A stretch of 56,780 bases of DNA from an uncultured Desulfovibrionaceae bacterium (GTDB lineage: Bacteria; Desulfobacterota; Desulfovibrionia; Desulfovibrionales; Desulfovibrionaceae). Below, piece after piece: positions 15,609 to 25,187 of this stretch. The DNA lies in NCBI GenBank assembly GCA_964369505.1, contig CAYJGS010000001.1, forward strand, positions 1,605-58,384, read 5' to 3'. Both the position numbers and the translations under genes were made by a program. The notes beneath the pieces are model-generated. The model saw only the letters and a program-made list of their open reading frames with translations. It was not told where the DNA came from and ran no database searches. The first letter of the stretch is position 1; every line of letters begins with the position of its first letter.

Positions 15609-17567
15609 TTACTCTTCAATGCGTAAAAGCTCTTTCCAGCGTAAATAATTTATGCAGCGCCAAATATACCAATGGAAGGGGCGTTTGCCATTGCATATAT
15701 CTTTCCATTCCTTAAGCAGATTTTTGTGGTGCAGTAATTGCGAATTCTTTGCTAAATCAAGGCTTTCTTCCACCCACGCGGGCATTTGTTCCAGCCATAA
15801 TTTTTCCGGCGTGGCAAAACCAATTTTATCTCTTCTGTCAAGCAAGGTGTCAGGCACAATGCCGCGCATGGCTTTGCGGAAAACAGATTTTGTCCAGCCT
15901 GCATTATCAATAAGATAATGCTCGGGCAGAGAAAGAAAAAATTCTGCCAATTCCTTGGTGCAAAAGGGCACACGGCTTTCCACAGAAAAGCTCATGGCAT
16001 TGCGGTCTCCATGGCGCAATAAATTGGGCAAGCCATCCCATGTGAGCTGTGTGGCTAAAGCTTTACGCACTTTGTCCCTTGAATTGTATATGGATAATTG
16101 CGAACGCAAAAGCTGTAAGGCTTTATGTTCACGCAAATTATCTTCGCGTAACCAAGAAGGCACAAGCGGCTTGTCAACTATTTTACGGGCAATCCTTTGT
16201 AAGCAATCCGGTGTGTGCAGTCCTATAAATCTTTGAAGCACAAAGGTATAATCTCTACCGGGCCATGTATTATTTGTGCGCAAAAGTTGCAAGGCTTGCA
16301 CGAATTGGCCTTTATGCACCAATGTTTGCAGCCTGTATTCCGGATAGCCAAAATAACCCGCCAACATTTCATCGGCACCTTGTCCATCAAGGGTAACCAC
16401 TATGTCGCGTTCTTTTACCAACTGGAAAACCCTATACTGGGCATAGATGGATGTAGAAATAAAAGGTTCGCCAAGGCGCAAGATGAGGCGGTCAATGTCG
16501 TTTTGTAATTCGCTTTGTGATACAAAAACCTTATGTGCTGTGGCTTGGGTATGGGCTATGACGGCATCGGCCCATTTTTCTTCTGAAATATCTTCACTAT
16601 CTTTAGCCACATAGGTAAATGTGTGCAAGGGCATATCCGGTTCTAAATGGCGCACAGCGCAAGCCACGGCAGAAGAGTCTATACCGCCCGAAAGAGCAAC
16701 GCCCAAGGGTACGTCAGAGCGCAAATGCAAGCGCACAGATTGCAAAAAAAGCCGTCTTGCTTCTTCGGCAGCTTCGTCAAAAGAAATTTTTTGCGGCGAG
16801 GGCAAGGGCACTTGCCAATAGCGCTCTTTGTGTAAAACTTCACCGGTTTCACTGTGGATGAGCATATAATGGGCAGGCTCTAGTTGAAATACATTTTCGA
16901 TAAGGCATTCAGCGCCCACACCAACGCGCGCAATAATAAAAAAATTATACGCTTGCAACCAATTGAGCTTGCGCTTAACGTGTGGAAAACACAATAAGGC
17001 CGGCAATTCTGAAGCAAAGGCAAAACCTACATTTTGCTGCCTTGTCCAATAGAAAGGCTTGATGCCAAAAAAATCTCTGGCGCAAAAAACGGTTTTTTCC
17101 ACATTATCATAAAAAGCAAAAGCAAACATGCCTGTTAGGCGATTTAAGCAAGCTTTGCCCCAATGTATAAGCGCTTGTAAAAGCACTTCGCTGTCTGTAG
17201 CTGTGTGGAAAGAGGCACCAAGCTTTTGTAATTCGACTTTAAGTTCAAGATAATTATATACTTCACCATTGTACACAAGGGTGTATCTGCCGCAAGCGCT
17301 GTGCATGGGCTGATGTCCGGCAGAGGATGTGTCTATGATGGAAAGGCGAGTCTGTCCGAGCAACAATTGCGCTTTTGCATCTTGCCCTGCAGAGGAAGAA
17401 ATAGGGCCTTTTTCTGTGCCAAGTAGCTGGCCTTGCGCAGAATAGGCCGCATAACCCCTATCGTCAGGGCCGCGCTCTTTCAAGGCTGTAAAAAGCGACT
17501 GAGCTATTGTATCAGCTTGCCTAAATTCCACAGGTTCTTTAGGAATATATCCAAATATACCACACAT
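15609..17567 (-). CDS. Glutamine-hydrolysing asparagine synthase family amidotransferase (AsnB/WbpS-like)
   Basis: The ORF is 652 aa. It has the N-terminal nucleophile MCGIFGY and the PP-loop LSGGIDSS. Its start overlaps the upstream stop (TAATG at 17565-17569). Confidence 0.85.
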   Translation of the reverse strand: MCGIFGYIPKEPVEFRQADTIAQSLFTALKERGPDDRGYAAYSAQGQLLGTEKGPISSSAGQDAKAQLLLGQTRLSIIDTSSAGHQPMHSACGRYTLVYNGEVYNYLELKVELQKLGASFHTATDSEVLLQALIHWGKACLNRLTGMFAFAFYDNVEKTVFCARDFFGIKPFYWTRQQNVGFAFASELPALLCFPHVKRKLNWLQAYNFFIIARVGVGAECLIENVFQLEPAHYMLIHSETGEVLHKERYWQVPLPSPQKISFDEAAEEARRLFLQSVRLHLRSDVPLGVALSGGIDSSAVACAVRHLEPDMPLHTFTYVAKDSEDISEEKWADAVIAHTQATAHKVFVSQSELQNDIDRLILRLGEPFISTSIYAQYRVFQLVKERDIVVTLDGQGADEMLAGYFGYPEYRLQTLVHKGQFVQALQLLRTNNTWPGRDYTFVLQRFIGLHTPDCLQRIARKIVDKPLVPSWLREDNLREHKALQLLRSQLSIYNSRDKVRKALATQLTWDGLPNLLRHGDRNAMSFSVESRVPFCTKELAEFFLSLPEHYLIDNAGWTKSVFRKAMRGIVPDTLLDRRDKIGFATPEKLWLEQMPAWVEESLDLAKNSQLLHHKNLLKEWKDICNGKRPFHWYIWRCINYLRWKELLRIEE

Positions 17568-18742
17568 TACTTAGTCCTTGGATGATGATTATGTATGTTC
17601 ATAATAGTTTGGCGCAGTTTTTCGTCATTTTGTTCCCAACAAAGCTTTTTTGCTGCTTCATGGGCCTTTGCTTTAAAATTGTCCACTTTTTCAGGACTTA
17701 GGGATTGCATTGCTTTTGTAAGGCTTTGCGGGCTAAAATCTTCTGTAACAAGCCCAATTCCATGTTCTTTAGTAAGCATGGCCATATCTTGTACAGGGGA
17801 AACTATAACACCTAAACGAGCTTGAATAAATTCAAAAAATTTATTGGGTAAGGCATGTTGATGATTAAAGGCATTGGACGGTAACAAATAAACGCCCATA
17901 TCGTATTGGGCAATAAAAGAAACAATTTCAGACATGGGCACTGTAGGAATAAAGTTAACATGGGGGGTGTTTTGAGCCAATGCTTGAAGCTCTTTTAAAT
18001 ATGTGGGATTTTGCGAACTAGGGGCAAGCATAAAGTCAAGGCTTGCCGTAGCTTCTAAAGGTTTAAAGGCTTCAATCATAAGTTCTAATTTTCGCCCAGG
18101 CATGGCAAAGCCGTGATGGATACAGCGTATTGTTTTAGAGGTAGGTTTAGGCTCTATATGATGATAATAAGAAAGACTGGGTAAAACTTCGCAGGTGACT
18201 CCATATTCTTCTTTAAAGCCTTGAGCTAAACCGGGGGAAACCGTAAAAACCACATCTGCTTGCGGAAGGTATTTTTTACAAAGATATTCTTTTAATCCTT
18301 TAAAAAAAATATTCCAAACAATACTGTGTTCCAATTCTCGTGGATAAAATTCACGCGCATCCATAATAACACGGCAATGTTCTTTATTTTGCGGTAAGTT
18401 TTTAACTGCTATGGCTAAAGGTAAAAGCATGATATCCTGACAAACTATGAGAGAAAAAGTGCGCTTTTGTAACGTAGCAAATGTTTCTTTTAAAAGTGGA
18501 GACCAAATATCATTTTCATACTTTTGTAAAAGCAAAGTGCATGCTTTAAGCAGTTTTCCTATATTATTTTTGGGTTTTTGCACTATTTCAACAAGTTCTA
18601 TATTATCTATATTCATTTTGAAACTTGGAGCAGGAGGCGCAGAACATACGGTCACATGACCAAATTCTTGCAAGATGCTACTAATACGTGTGGGGCGCGG
18701 CGATTGGCCAAGGGATGCCCAAAAAAGTTGCAATATTTTCAT
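17567..18742 (-). CDS. Putative glycosyltransferase / capsule-biosynthesis protein, paralog 1
   Basis: The ORF is 391 aa. By eye it is about three-quarters identical to the 390-aa product of 19943-21115. It shares long identical blocks such as RTFSLIVCQDIMLLPLAIAVKNLPQNKEHCRVIMDAREFYP. The function is inferred from context only. Confidence 0.5.
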   Translation of the reverse strand: MKILQLFWASLGQSPRPTRISSILQEFGHVTVCSAPPAPSFKMNIDNIELVEIVQKPKNNIGKLLKACTLLLQKYENDIWSPLLKETFATLQKRTFSLIVCQDIMLLPLAIAVKNLPQNKEHCRVIMDAREFYPRELEHSIVWNIFFKGLKEYLCKKYLPQADVVFTVSPGLAQGFKEEYGVTCEVLPSLSYYHHIEPKPTSKTIRCIHHGFAMPGRKLELMIEAFKPLEATASLDFMLAPSSQNPTYLKELQALAQNTPHVNFIPTVPMSEIVSFIAQYDMGVYLLPSNAFNHQHALPNKFFEFIQARLGVIVSPVQDMAMLTKEHGIGLVTEDFSPQSLTKAMQSLSPEKVDNFKAKAHEAAKKLCWEQNDEKLRQTIMNIHNHHPRTK

Positions 18743-18809
18743 TTATAAAATTTATCCAATTCGTGTATTCTAGGTATAACTGCGCTGCTAAAATTTCAAA
18801 TTTACATAT

Positions 18810-19895
18810 TTATGTTAAGAAATTCAGTACTGTTTTAACTATATAAGGTGCCGCCTGACCATCGCCATAAACATGTTTAATGTAGGGCATATCCTGCTGC
18901 AAAGTTTGTGCTTTTGGCACCATATCTTGCTTATGGGGAGCGCTTAATATATTCCATCCCATATCCGTAAGCTCACGCCAACCTGTATCAGGCATAATAA
19001 CAAGGCTACGCTTTTGTGCATAATAGGCTTCTTTTTGCAAGCCGCCCGAATCTGTTATAACAAAAGAACACGCTTTGGCAAGAGACAGAAGGTCTACATA
19101 GCCCATAGGATCCACAAGCTGGAGGCTTTTAGTAAGAGAGTGGAGATTATATTGATGTAACATTTTACGCGCACGAGGGTGTATAGGCCAAACAATATCT
19201 AGATGTAATTCTTTTTGTATGGCCACAAGGCCTTCTACTACACCGTGCAGATTTTCTTCAGTATCCACATTATAATCACGGTGTATTGTGGTTAGGACAA
19301 AATTTTCCGGTTTAAGACCATATTGTTGACACAATTTTTCCGGTGCAAAACGCTTTTCTATGTGACAATAAAGGTCATACATAACATCACCGGTAATATG
19401 TGTATTTTTAGTAAGACCTTCATTAATAAGATTTTTTTGCCCCAAAGCAGAACAACAGCACATGACAGACGCAATACGGTCTGTAAGAACTCTATTTATT
19501 TCTTCCGGCATGGTGCGCGGTTCCATGCGAATACCAGCTTCTACATGCACAATAGGAATATGAAGTTTAGCAGCTGCTAAAGCGCCAGCTAAAGTAGTAT
19601 TGGTATCTCCATAAACCAAAAGGGCGTGAGGTTTTTCTTTTAAAAGCACCTTTTCCATGGCTTCAAGGGCTTTGGCAGTCATCGCACCGTGAGAACCTGA
19701 GCCTATTCCCAAGGTATATTCTGGTTCCGGCATATTTAATTCTTCAAAAAAAATACCTGCCATATTTGTATCATAATGTTGCCCAGAATTAACCACCACA
19801 TGCTGCCACGCGTTCATTTGACGCACAACGTTTCCCACTATGGCTTCTTTAATAAACTGCGGTCGTGCCCCTATAAGAGAAATGATTTTTTTCAT
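18810..19895 (-). CDS. Non-hydrolysing UDP-N-acetylglucosamine 2-epimerase family (WecB/WbpI-like)
   Basis: The ORF is 361 aa. It contains IGARPQFIKEA...SGQHYD...VYGDTNTTLAGALAAAKLHIPIVHVEAG.R...PEEINR..TD, which are typical Epimerase_2 motifs. Confidence 0.85.
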   Translation of the reverse strand: MKKIISLIGARPQFIKEAIVGNVVRQMNAWQHVVVNSGQHYDTNMAGIFFEELNMPEPEYTLGIGSGSHGAMTAKALEAMEKVLLKEKPHALLVYGDTNTTLAGALAAAKLHIPIVHVEAGIRMEPRTMPEEINRVLTDRIASVMCCCSALGQKNLINEGLTKNTHITGDVMYDLYCHIEKRFAPEKLCQQYGLKPENFVLTTIHRDYNVDTEENLHGVVEGLVAIQKELHLDIVWPIHPRARKMLHQYNLHSLTKSLQLVDPMGYVDLLSLAKACSFVITDSGGLQKEAYYAQKRSLVIMPDTGWRELTDMGWNILSAPHKQDMVPKAQTLQQDMPYIKHVYGDGQAAPYIVKTVLNFLT

Positions 19896-19942
19896 ACCGA
19901 ATCATGTCCTAATAAAATGCATTGTCAAGTTACTGTAGTTTT

Positions 19943-21115
19943 TTATTTCTTTAAAATAATGTTCTGCATACGCATAATGGTTTGTTGCAATTTTTCGTCA
20001 TTGCGTTCCCAGCAAAGCTTTTCTGCCGCTGCGTGCGATTTTGCTTTAAAGGTGTCCACTTTTTCAGGGCTCAAGGATTGCACAGCCTTTCTAAGGCTTT
20101 GTGGGCTAAAATCTTCTGTAACAAGCCCAATTCCATGTTCTTTGGTGAGCATGGCCATATCTTCTACAGGAGAAACGATAACGCCCAAGCGAGCTTGAAT
20201 AAATTCAAAAAATTTGTTGGCTAAGGAATATTTATGATTAAAAGTGTTGCACGGCAATAAAAAAATTCCCATATCGTATTGTGCAATAAAAGAAACAATT
20301 TCAGGCATGGGCACTGTGGCAATGCATGTAATGTGTGGGGTGTTTTGCGTTAAATCTTGAAGTTTTTTTAAATATAAGGGGTTTTGCGGATCCACTGCAA
20401 GCATAAGGTCAAGGCTGGCTGTACCCTGCAAGGGTTTAAAGGCTTCAATCATAAGCTCTAATTTTCGCCCGGGAAAGGCAAAACCATGGTGAATACAGCG
20501 TATTGTTTTAGAGGTAGGCTTAGGTTCTATGTGGTGATAATAAGAAAGGCTTGGTAAAACTTCGCAGGTAATGCCATATTCTTCTTTAAAACCTTGAGCA
20601 ATTCCGGGGGAAACCGTAAAAACCGCATCGGCCTGCAGAAGATATTTTTTACAAACATATGCACGCAGCCCACCTAAAAAAAACTTCCAAATAACATTGC
20701 TTTCAAATTCTTTTGGGTAAAATTCGCGCGCATCCATAATAACACGGCAGTGTTCTTTATTTTGCGGTAAGTTTTTAACAGCTATGGCTAAGGGCAAGAG
20801 CATGATGTCCTGACAAACAATGAGGGAGAAAGTGCGCCTTTGTAAAGAATCAAAGATTTCTTTTATGTGTGGTTGCCAAATATCATGTTCATAGTTTTGC
20901 AAAAGTAAACTGCAGGCTCGAAATAGTTTTTCTGCAATATTTTTACGCTGCTGCTGTATTTCGATAAGGTCAATGTTGTCTGCCTCTATTTTGAAGTTTT
21001 GAGCAGGGGGTGCCGAACACACGGTTACATGTCCAAACGTTTGCAAAACAGCGTTGAAGCGTGTGGGGCGTGGCGATTGGCCAAGGGATGCAAAAAAAAG
21101 CTGTAAAATTTTCAT
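19943..21115 (-). CDS. Putative glycosyltransferase / capsule-biosynthesis protein, paralog 2
   Basis: The ORF is 390 aa and is a paralog of 17567-18742. It shares DNA stretches such as an identical 41-nt run gggctaaaatcttctgtaacaagcccaattccatgttcttt. Confidence 0.5.
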   Translation of the reverse strand: MKILQLFFASLGQSPRPTRFNAVLQTFGHVTVCSAPPAQNFKIEADNIDLIEIQQQRKNIAEKLFRACSLLLQNYEHDIWQPHIKEIFDSLQRRTFSLIVCQDIMLLPLAIAVKNLPQNKEHCRVIMDAREFYPKEFESNVIWKFFLGGLRAYVCKKYLLQADAVFTVSPGIAQGFKEEYGITCEVLPSLSYYHHIEPKPTSKTIRCIHHGFAFPGRKLELMIEAFKPLQGTASLDLMLAVDPQNPLYLKKLQDLTQNTPHITCIATVPMPEIVSFIAQYDMGIFLLPCNTFNHKYSLANKFFEFIQARLGVIVSPVEDMAMLTKEHGIGLVTEDFSPQSLRKAVQSLSPEKVDTFKAKSHAAAEKLCWERNDEKLQQTIMRMQNIILKK

Positions 21116-21177
21116 GAAAAAAGGCCTGCTATCCCGTATTAATTTTATCTACACATATAACGCAATTATAATTATAA

Positions 21178-22230
21178 TTAATATTCCAAGGGCAAAGAAA
21201 TGGTCTTATTATCACGAGCACTTAAATAAGCCGCAATGAGCACTTCCAAGGAATTTAAGCCTTCGCGCCCATCGGTTTCTGGCTCGGCTTGACCGCGCAA
21301 CACATCAATAATGTTTTTGAAATACAAAGGATGCCCAAAGCCATACACCGAAGTGGTTTGATAATTGGCCGATTGCACTTGCGCATCATATTCTTTTTCT
21401 TCGGCAAAGTCCCAAATCTGGATGTCGTTCACAGCCACACCGCCCACGCGCACCGTGCCTTTTTCACCAATTATGGTAATAGAGCCTTCCAGATTTTTGG
21501 GATAGGTGAGCATGGTCACAGCCATGGAACCTAAAGCCCCAGAACGCCAACGCACATTAAGCACCCCGGAATCTTCCACTTGAATATCACGTGCAAGTGT
21601 GCCGGTCATGGCTTGCACGTCGGCTATGGGGCCGATAAGCCATTCTAAAAGATCCACATAATGGCTGGCTTGGTTCATAAATGCGCCGCCGTCCATTTCC
21701 CACGTGCCGCGCCACTTGGCAGAATCGTAATATTCTTGAGGACGTGTCCAAAATACATTTATATGCACCATATGGATACGCCCAAAGCGCTTTTCGTCCA
21801 CAGCGCGTTTTAATAATTGCAAAGTGTCATTACGGCGGTTTTGTTTGATAACAAAAAGGCGTACATTGGCATCATCACAGGCCTTAACCATGGCAAGGCC
21901 GTCTTTCCAACGTGTGGCCATGGGTTTTTCGGTAATCACATGTTTGCCAGCTTTGGCGGCAGCAATGGTTTGTGCGGCATGTAAACCGGAAGGCGTGCAT
22001 AAAGAAACGGCGTCACAATCACATTTATGTAATAATTCAGCATAATCAGTATAACCGGTAACGCTGTATTTTTCGGAAAATTCTTTAACGATGGCTGGGT
22101 TTTCGTCACAGACGGCCACTAGTTCAAAATTGTCGGCATGTGTTTCTAAGGCGCCAAAATGGTTTTTAGAAATACGCCCACAGCCAATAACAGCAATTTT
22201 AATTTTTCTGTCTGTAATAATAGGAAACAT
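21178..22230 (-). CDS. Gfo/Idh/MocA oxidoreductase, second WbpB-like paralog
   Basis: The ORF is 350 aa. It contains IAVIGCGRISKNH, EKPMA, FVIKQNRRN and WRGTWEMDGGAFMNQASHYVDLLEWL, which parallel the product of 9719-10783. Confidence 0.8.
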   Translation of the reverse strand: MFPIITDRKIKIAVIGCGRISKNHFGALETHADNFELVAVCDENPAIVKEFSEKYSVTGYTDYAELLHKCDCDAVSLCTPSGLHAAQTIAAAKAGKHVITEKPMATRWKDGLAMVKACDDANVRLFVIKQNRRNDTLQLLKRAVDEKRFGRIHMVHINVFWTRPQEYYDSAKWRGTWEMDGGAFMNQASHYVDLLEWLIGPIADVQAMTGTLARDIQVEDSGVLNVRWRSGALGSMAVTMLTYPKNLEGSITIIGEKGTVRVGGVAVNDIQIWDFAEEKEYDAQVQSANYQTTSVYGFGHPLYFKNIIDVLRGQAEPETDGREGLNSLEVLIAAYLSARDNKTISLPLEY

Positions 22231-22433
22231 GTTTCACCTAGGCATGTAAGAAATTTAATACAGTTTTAATCATATGTCATGCGCTTTGCCGCCACTCTGT
22301 ATTTGCTACACTAAAAGAGTGCGTTTTGGCAAGAAATATAAGACTGCGTCTGCATAGAGCTTTACAAAAAGAGGCTTTATGGGTAGGTTTCTGTTTTTCA
22401 AATAATCGTACTATTTTTGGGGAGTTTTTTGTT

Positions 22434-24263
22434 TTGCAACTTTCGTCTCTTCCATATATAGAGTTTTTTCTAAATATCTATCGTCGCTTACCTAAAGTTT
22501 TGCAAAAAGATTTTTGGTTCACCACCAGTGTGTCATTTTTTGTGGCTATTTTTGAATTAGCGGTAGCACTAGCTGTTTCTTTATTTGGGGTGGCTCTTGC
22601 GACCCCGGATTCTGTGGCAAATTTTGGTCCCATAGAAAAAATAGTTCATATTTTCCCCGTATTATCTTCCGTTATAAATGATCAGCGCAAGCTGCTTGTT
22701 TTTTTGCTTTTTGGCATAGTTTTGCTGCTTGCAGGTAAATTTATCTTAAATCTTTATATGTACTGGCGGCAAGCTCGTTATGGGCAAAGAGTGGCAAGAT
22801 ATATTAATTACACACTTTTTGAGGGTTATTTATACAGCTCCTATCTTTGGCATACAAAACAAGAAACGGCCGAATTGCAAAGCCATCTTGTATGGCGCGA
22901 GCGTGTGGCCGGCTTTATGCTCTATACACTGCAGTTTTTTACATACATTATGGTGACATTGGTTCTTTTATTAGGAATTTTAATAACATCTCCTCTCATC
23001 GGTATTTTTGTTTTAGGCTGCACAGGTAGCGTTGCTTTTTACCTTTTTCGCTGGTCACGTAAGCGTGCGCATGAATTAAATACAGAAATTGCTGCAATAC
23101 AATTAGAAATAAACAATATCACTTTGCCTGCCCTGCAGGGCATTCGCGAAGTGCTCATCTATAGGCAACAAGCCGAATTTTTGCGTATGAGCGATGATTT
23201 AATGCGCAAGGTTAAAACATTACAACCTAAATTTGATATACTACCCCCCATGCCTTCCTTGGCTTTAGAGTTGATGGGCATGCTCATGCTTTGTGTAAGC
23301 GTTGTCATCATGAATGTTTATGGCGTTTCACTTGCGCAAATGGTTGCCACGTTAACCCTTATGGCCGCAGTGGCATGGCGCCTTTTGCCCATTATGAATC
23401 GTTTTTTAACAAGTATTATTTTAGCACAACAAACTATTCCTTTTGTTATGCCTGTTTTAGCGCGTATAGATGAGATACAAAAACGCGATGACAGAGCCGC
23501 CATAGAAGCTCCTCCTTGCCCCTTGCATAAAGATTTTTCTTTGCAGCAAGTGCATTTTCGCTATCCCGAAACGGAAATCGCAAAAAGTGACGCCATCCAA
23601 AATATAACGTTAACCATAGCAAAAGGAAGCAAGGTTGGTTTTGTGGGCACATCAGGTGCCGGAAAAAGCACGCTCATTGGATTGTTTACGGGTTTATTTG
23701 CCCCCACTTCCGGTAATATTTATATTGATGGTGTGCCTATGACAGATGAACTACGCGCCGGCTGGATGCAGCGCATAGGCTATGTGCCGCAAGCAACATT
23801 TTTGCTCAATGCCACCATTGCGCAAAACGTGGCTTTTTCTGATTGGGGCAAAGAAATTAATGAAGAACGCGTAAAAGCGTGTTGCCACATGGCAGCCATG
23901 CATTTTATTGAAGATTTGGCTGAAGGCATACACACTGTTATCGGCGAGCGTGGCATTCGCCTTTCCGGCGGGCAAGTACAAAGGGTTTCTGTGGCCAGAG
24001 CTTTATACAATGCGCCACATACACTTATTTTTGACGAAGCAACGTCTGCCCTTGACGGTGGTTCTGAGCGTGAAATCATGCAAATGATTGAAGGACTTGA
24101 CGATCAAATCACTGTTATTATTATTGCGCACCGTTTATCTACAGTAGAAAAATGCGATTATATTTATTGGATGCAAGACGGTAAAATTTATAAAGAAGGT
24201 AAAGCAGAAGATATTTTAAATGAATATGCTGCCTTTTTAGACACGTCTTCCAATACAGCTTAA
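22434..24263 (+). CDS. Fused TMD-NBD ABC exporter, PglK/MsbA-like (candidate lipid-linked glycan flippase)
   Basis: It has Walker A GTSGAGKST, signature LSGGQVQR and Walker B LIFDEATSALD after a six-TM-type domain. I chose the TTG at 22434, which has a GGGGAG RBS 9 nt upstream. The ORF track starts at the TTG at 22326. There is no in-frame ATG near the N-terminus. Confidence 0.8.
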   Translation: MQLSSLPYIEFFLNIYRRLPKVLQKDFWFTTSVSFFVAIFELAVALAVSLFGVALATPDSVANFGPIEKIVHIFPVLSSVINDQRKLLVFLLFGIVLLLAGKFILNLYMYWRQARYGQRVARYINYTLFEGYLYSSYLWHTKQETAELQSHLVWRERVAGFMLYTLQFFTYIMVTLVLLLGILITSPLIGIFVLGCTGSVAFYLFRWSRKRAHELNTEIAAIQLEINNITLPALQGIREVLIYRQQAEFLRMSDDLMRKVKTLQPKFDILPPMPSLALELMGMLMLCVSVVIMNVYGVSLAQMVATLTLMAAVAWRLLPIMNRFLTSIILAQQTIPFVMPVLARIDEIQKRDDRAAIEAPPCPLHKDFSLQQVHFRYPETEIAKSDAIQNITLTIAKGSKVGFVGTSGAGKSTLIGLFTGLFAPTSGNIYIDGVPMTDELRAGWMQRIGYVPQATFLLNATIAQNVAFSDWGKEINEERVKACCHMAAMHFIEDLAEGIHTVIGERGIRLSGGQVQRVSVARALYNAPHTLIFDEATSALDGGSEREIMQMIEGLDDQITVIIIAHRLSTVEKCDYIYWMQDGKIYKEGKAEDILNEYAAFLDTSSNTA

Positions 24264-24269
24264 ACGGCG

Positions 24270-25178
24270 TTATTTTTCTTGTAAAATCACTTTTGCTACA
24301 TCTTTAGAAAATTCTACAGCAGAATCCCCGCGTAAATGACTTCCGTCATAGGAATGGTATTTTTGCTTTTCAGGTAAATCTAGCCATATACCGCCGGCAT
24401 TGCGGATAGCTGCTTTTGTTTTTTCTTCGTCAAATCCGGAAAGTTCATTTTCGATTTTTTCCATAGCTGGTATGGTTGGTGGGCGCACACAATATACACG
24501 GTATCCTTTTTCTGTAGAATCTTTGATAAAATCAATAAAATTCTGTACGATGTCAGGAGAGATTTGGTATTGGCTAAATTGATCCTTGTATGCTTGCAGA
24601 GCCGGTTGTACATCTTCTACTCTACTGGCAGATTCTACCCATCCATCATTGTGTGGGATTTCTATGTAATTTTTTGTAACTATATAAAAATTAATAAGGC
24701 TTGCTGTGCTGTCTCTGCCAAAAATAAAGGCAAGCGCTTTTTCAAAAGCTGAAATATCTTTGTAGATCATAAACTCTTCACTGGCGTATTCATGATAGGA
24801 TTCATTGCGGGCAGCGATATCGGTGAGCGAGTGCGGAGTCACTCCTATAAAAATAATTTTCTTGCCATCTTCACGCAACTTATTGCGAGCATCATTCAAA
24901 AAGGCTTTAGAAAAACCTGCGGAGTTAAAACCAAAATTTAAAACATTCATATGAGGGTTATGTTCTAAAAAAGGTTTTGAACTTATGCCGCGGTATATGC
25001 GTGAATCTCCAATGGCGATTATGTCTTTATCGGCTCTCGCGTATACTTTTTCTACCCAAAAAGCCGTTGGAACAGCAAAAGCGCCTTTTTCTTGCAGTGT
25101 GAACTTTAAAGCTGTTAATGGCAGAAATAAAAGAGCTGTCGCCAAGAGTATGTAAAAAAAATTTTTGCGATAATCCAT
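24270..25178 (-). CDS. SGNH/GDSL-like hydrolase-fold protein, probable partner of the adjacent MBOAT (DltD/AlgJ-like role)
   Basis: The ORF is 302 aa. It has an N-terminal signal or anchor (FFYILLATALLFLPLTAL) and a block-I-like AIGDSRIY motif. It lies 9 nt downstream of the MBOAT gene. Confidence 0.6.
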   Translation of the reverse strand: MDYRKNFFYILLATALLFLPLTALKFTLQEKGAFAVPTAFWVEKVYARADKDIIAIGDSRIYRGISSKPFLEHNPHMNVLNFGFNSAGFSKAFLNDARNKLREDGKKIIFIGVTPHSLTDIAARNESYHEYASEEFMIYKDISAFEKALAFIFGRDSTASLINFYIVTKNYIEIPHNDGWVESASRVEDVQPALQAYKDQFSQYQISPDIVQNFIDFIKDSTEKGYRVYCVRPPTIPAMEKIENELSGFDEEKTKAAIRNAGGIWLDLPEKQKYHSYDGSHLRGDSAVEFSKDVAKVILQEK

Positions 25179-25187
25179 ATAAAAACC

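Noticed and set aside
15503-15715. Short ORFs running through the repeat elements (15503-15715, 38222-38428, 38100-38402 and 50334-50525)
   Set aside because: They are created by the repeat or hairpin sequence itself and differ in frame between copies. The element's conservation pattern is helix-preserving, not codon-preserving.
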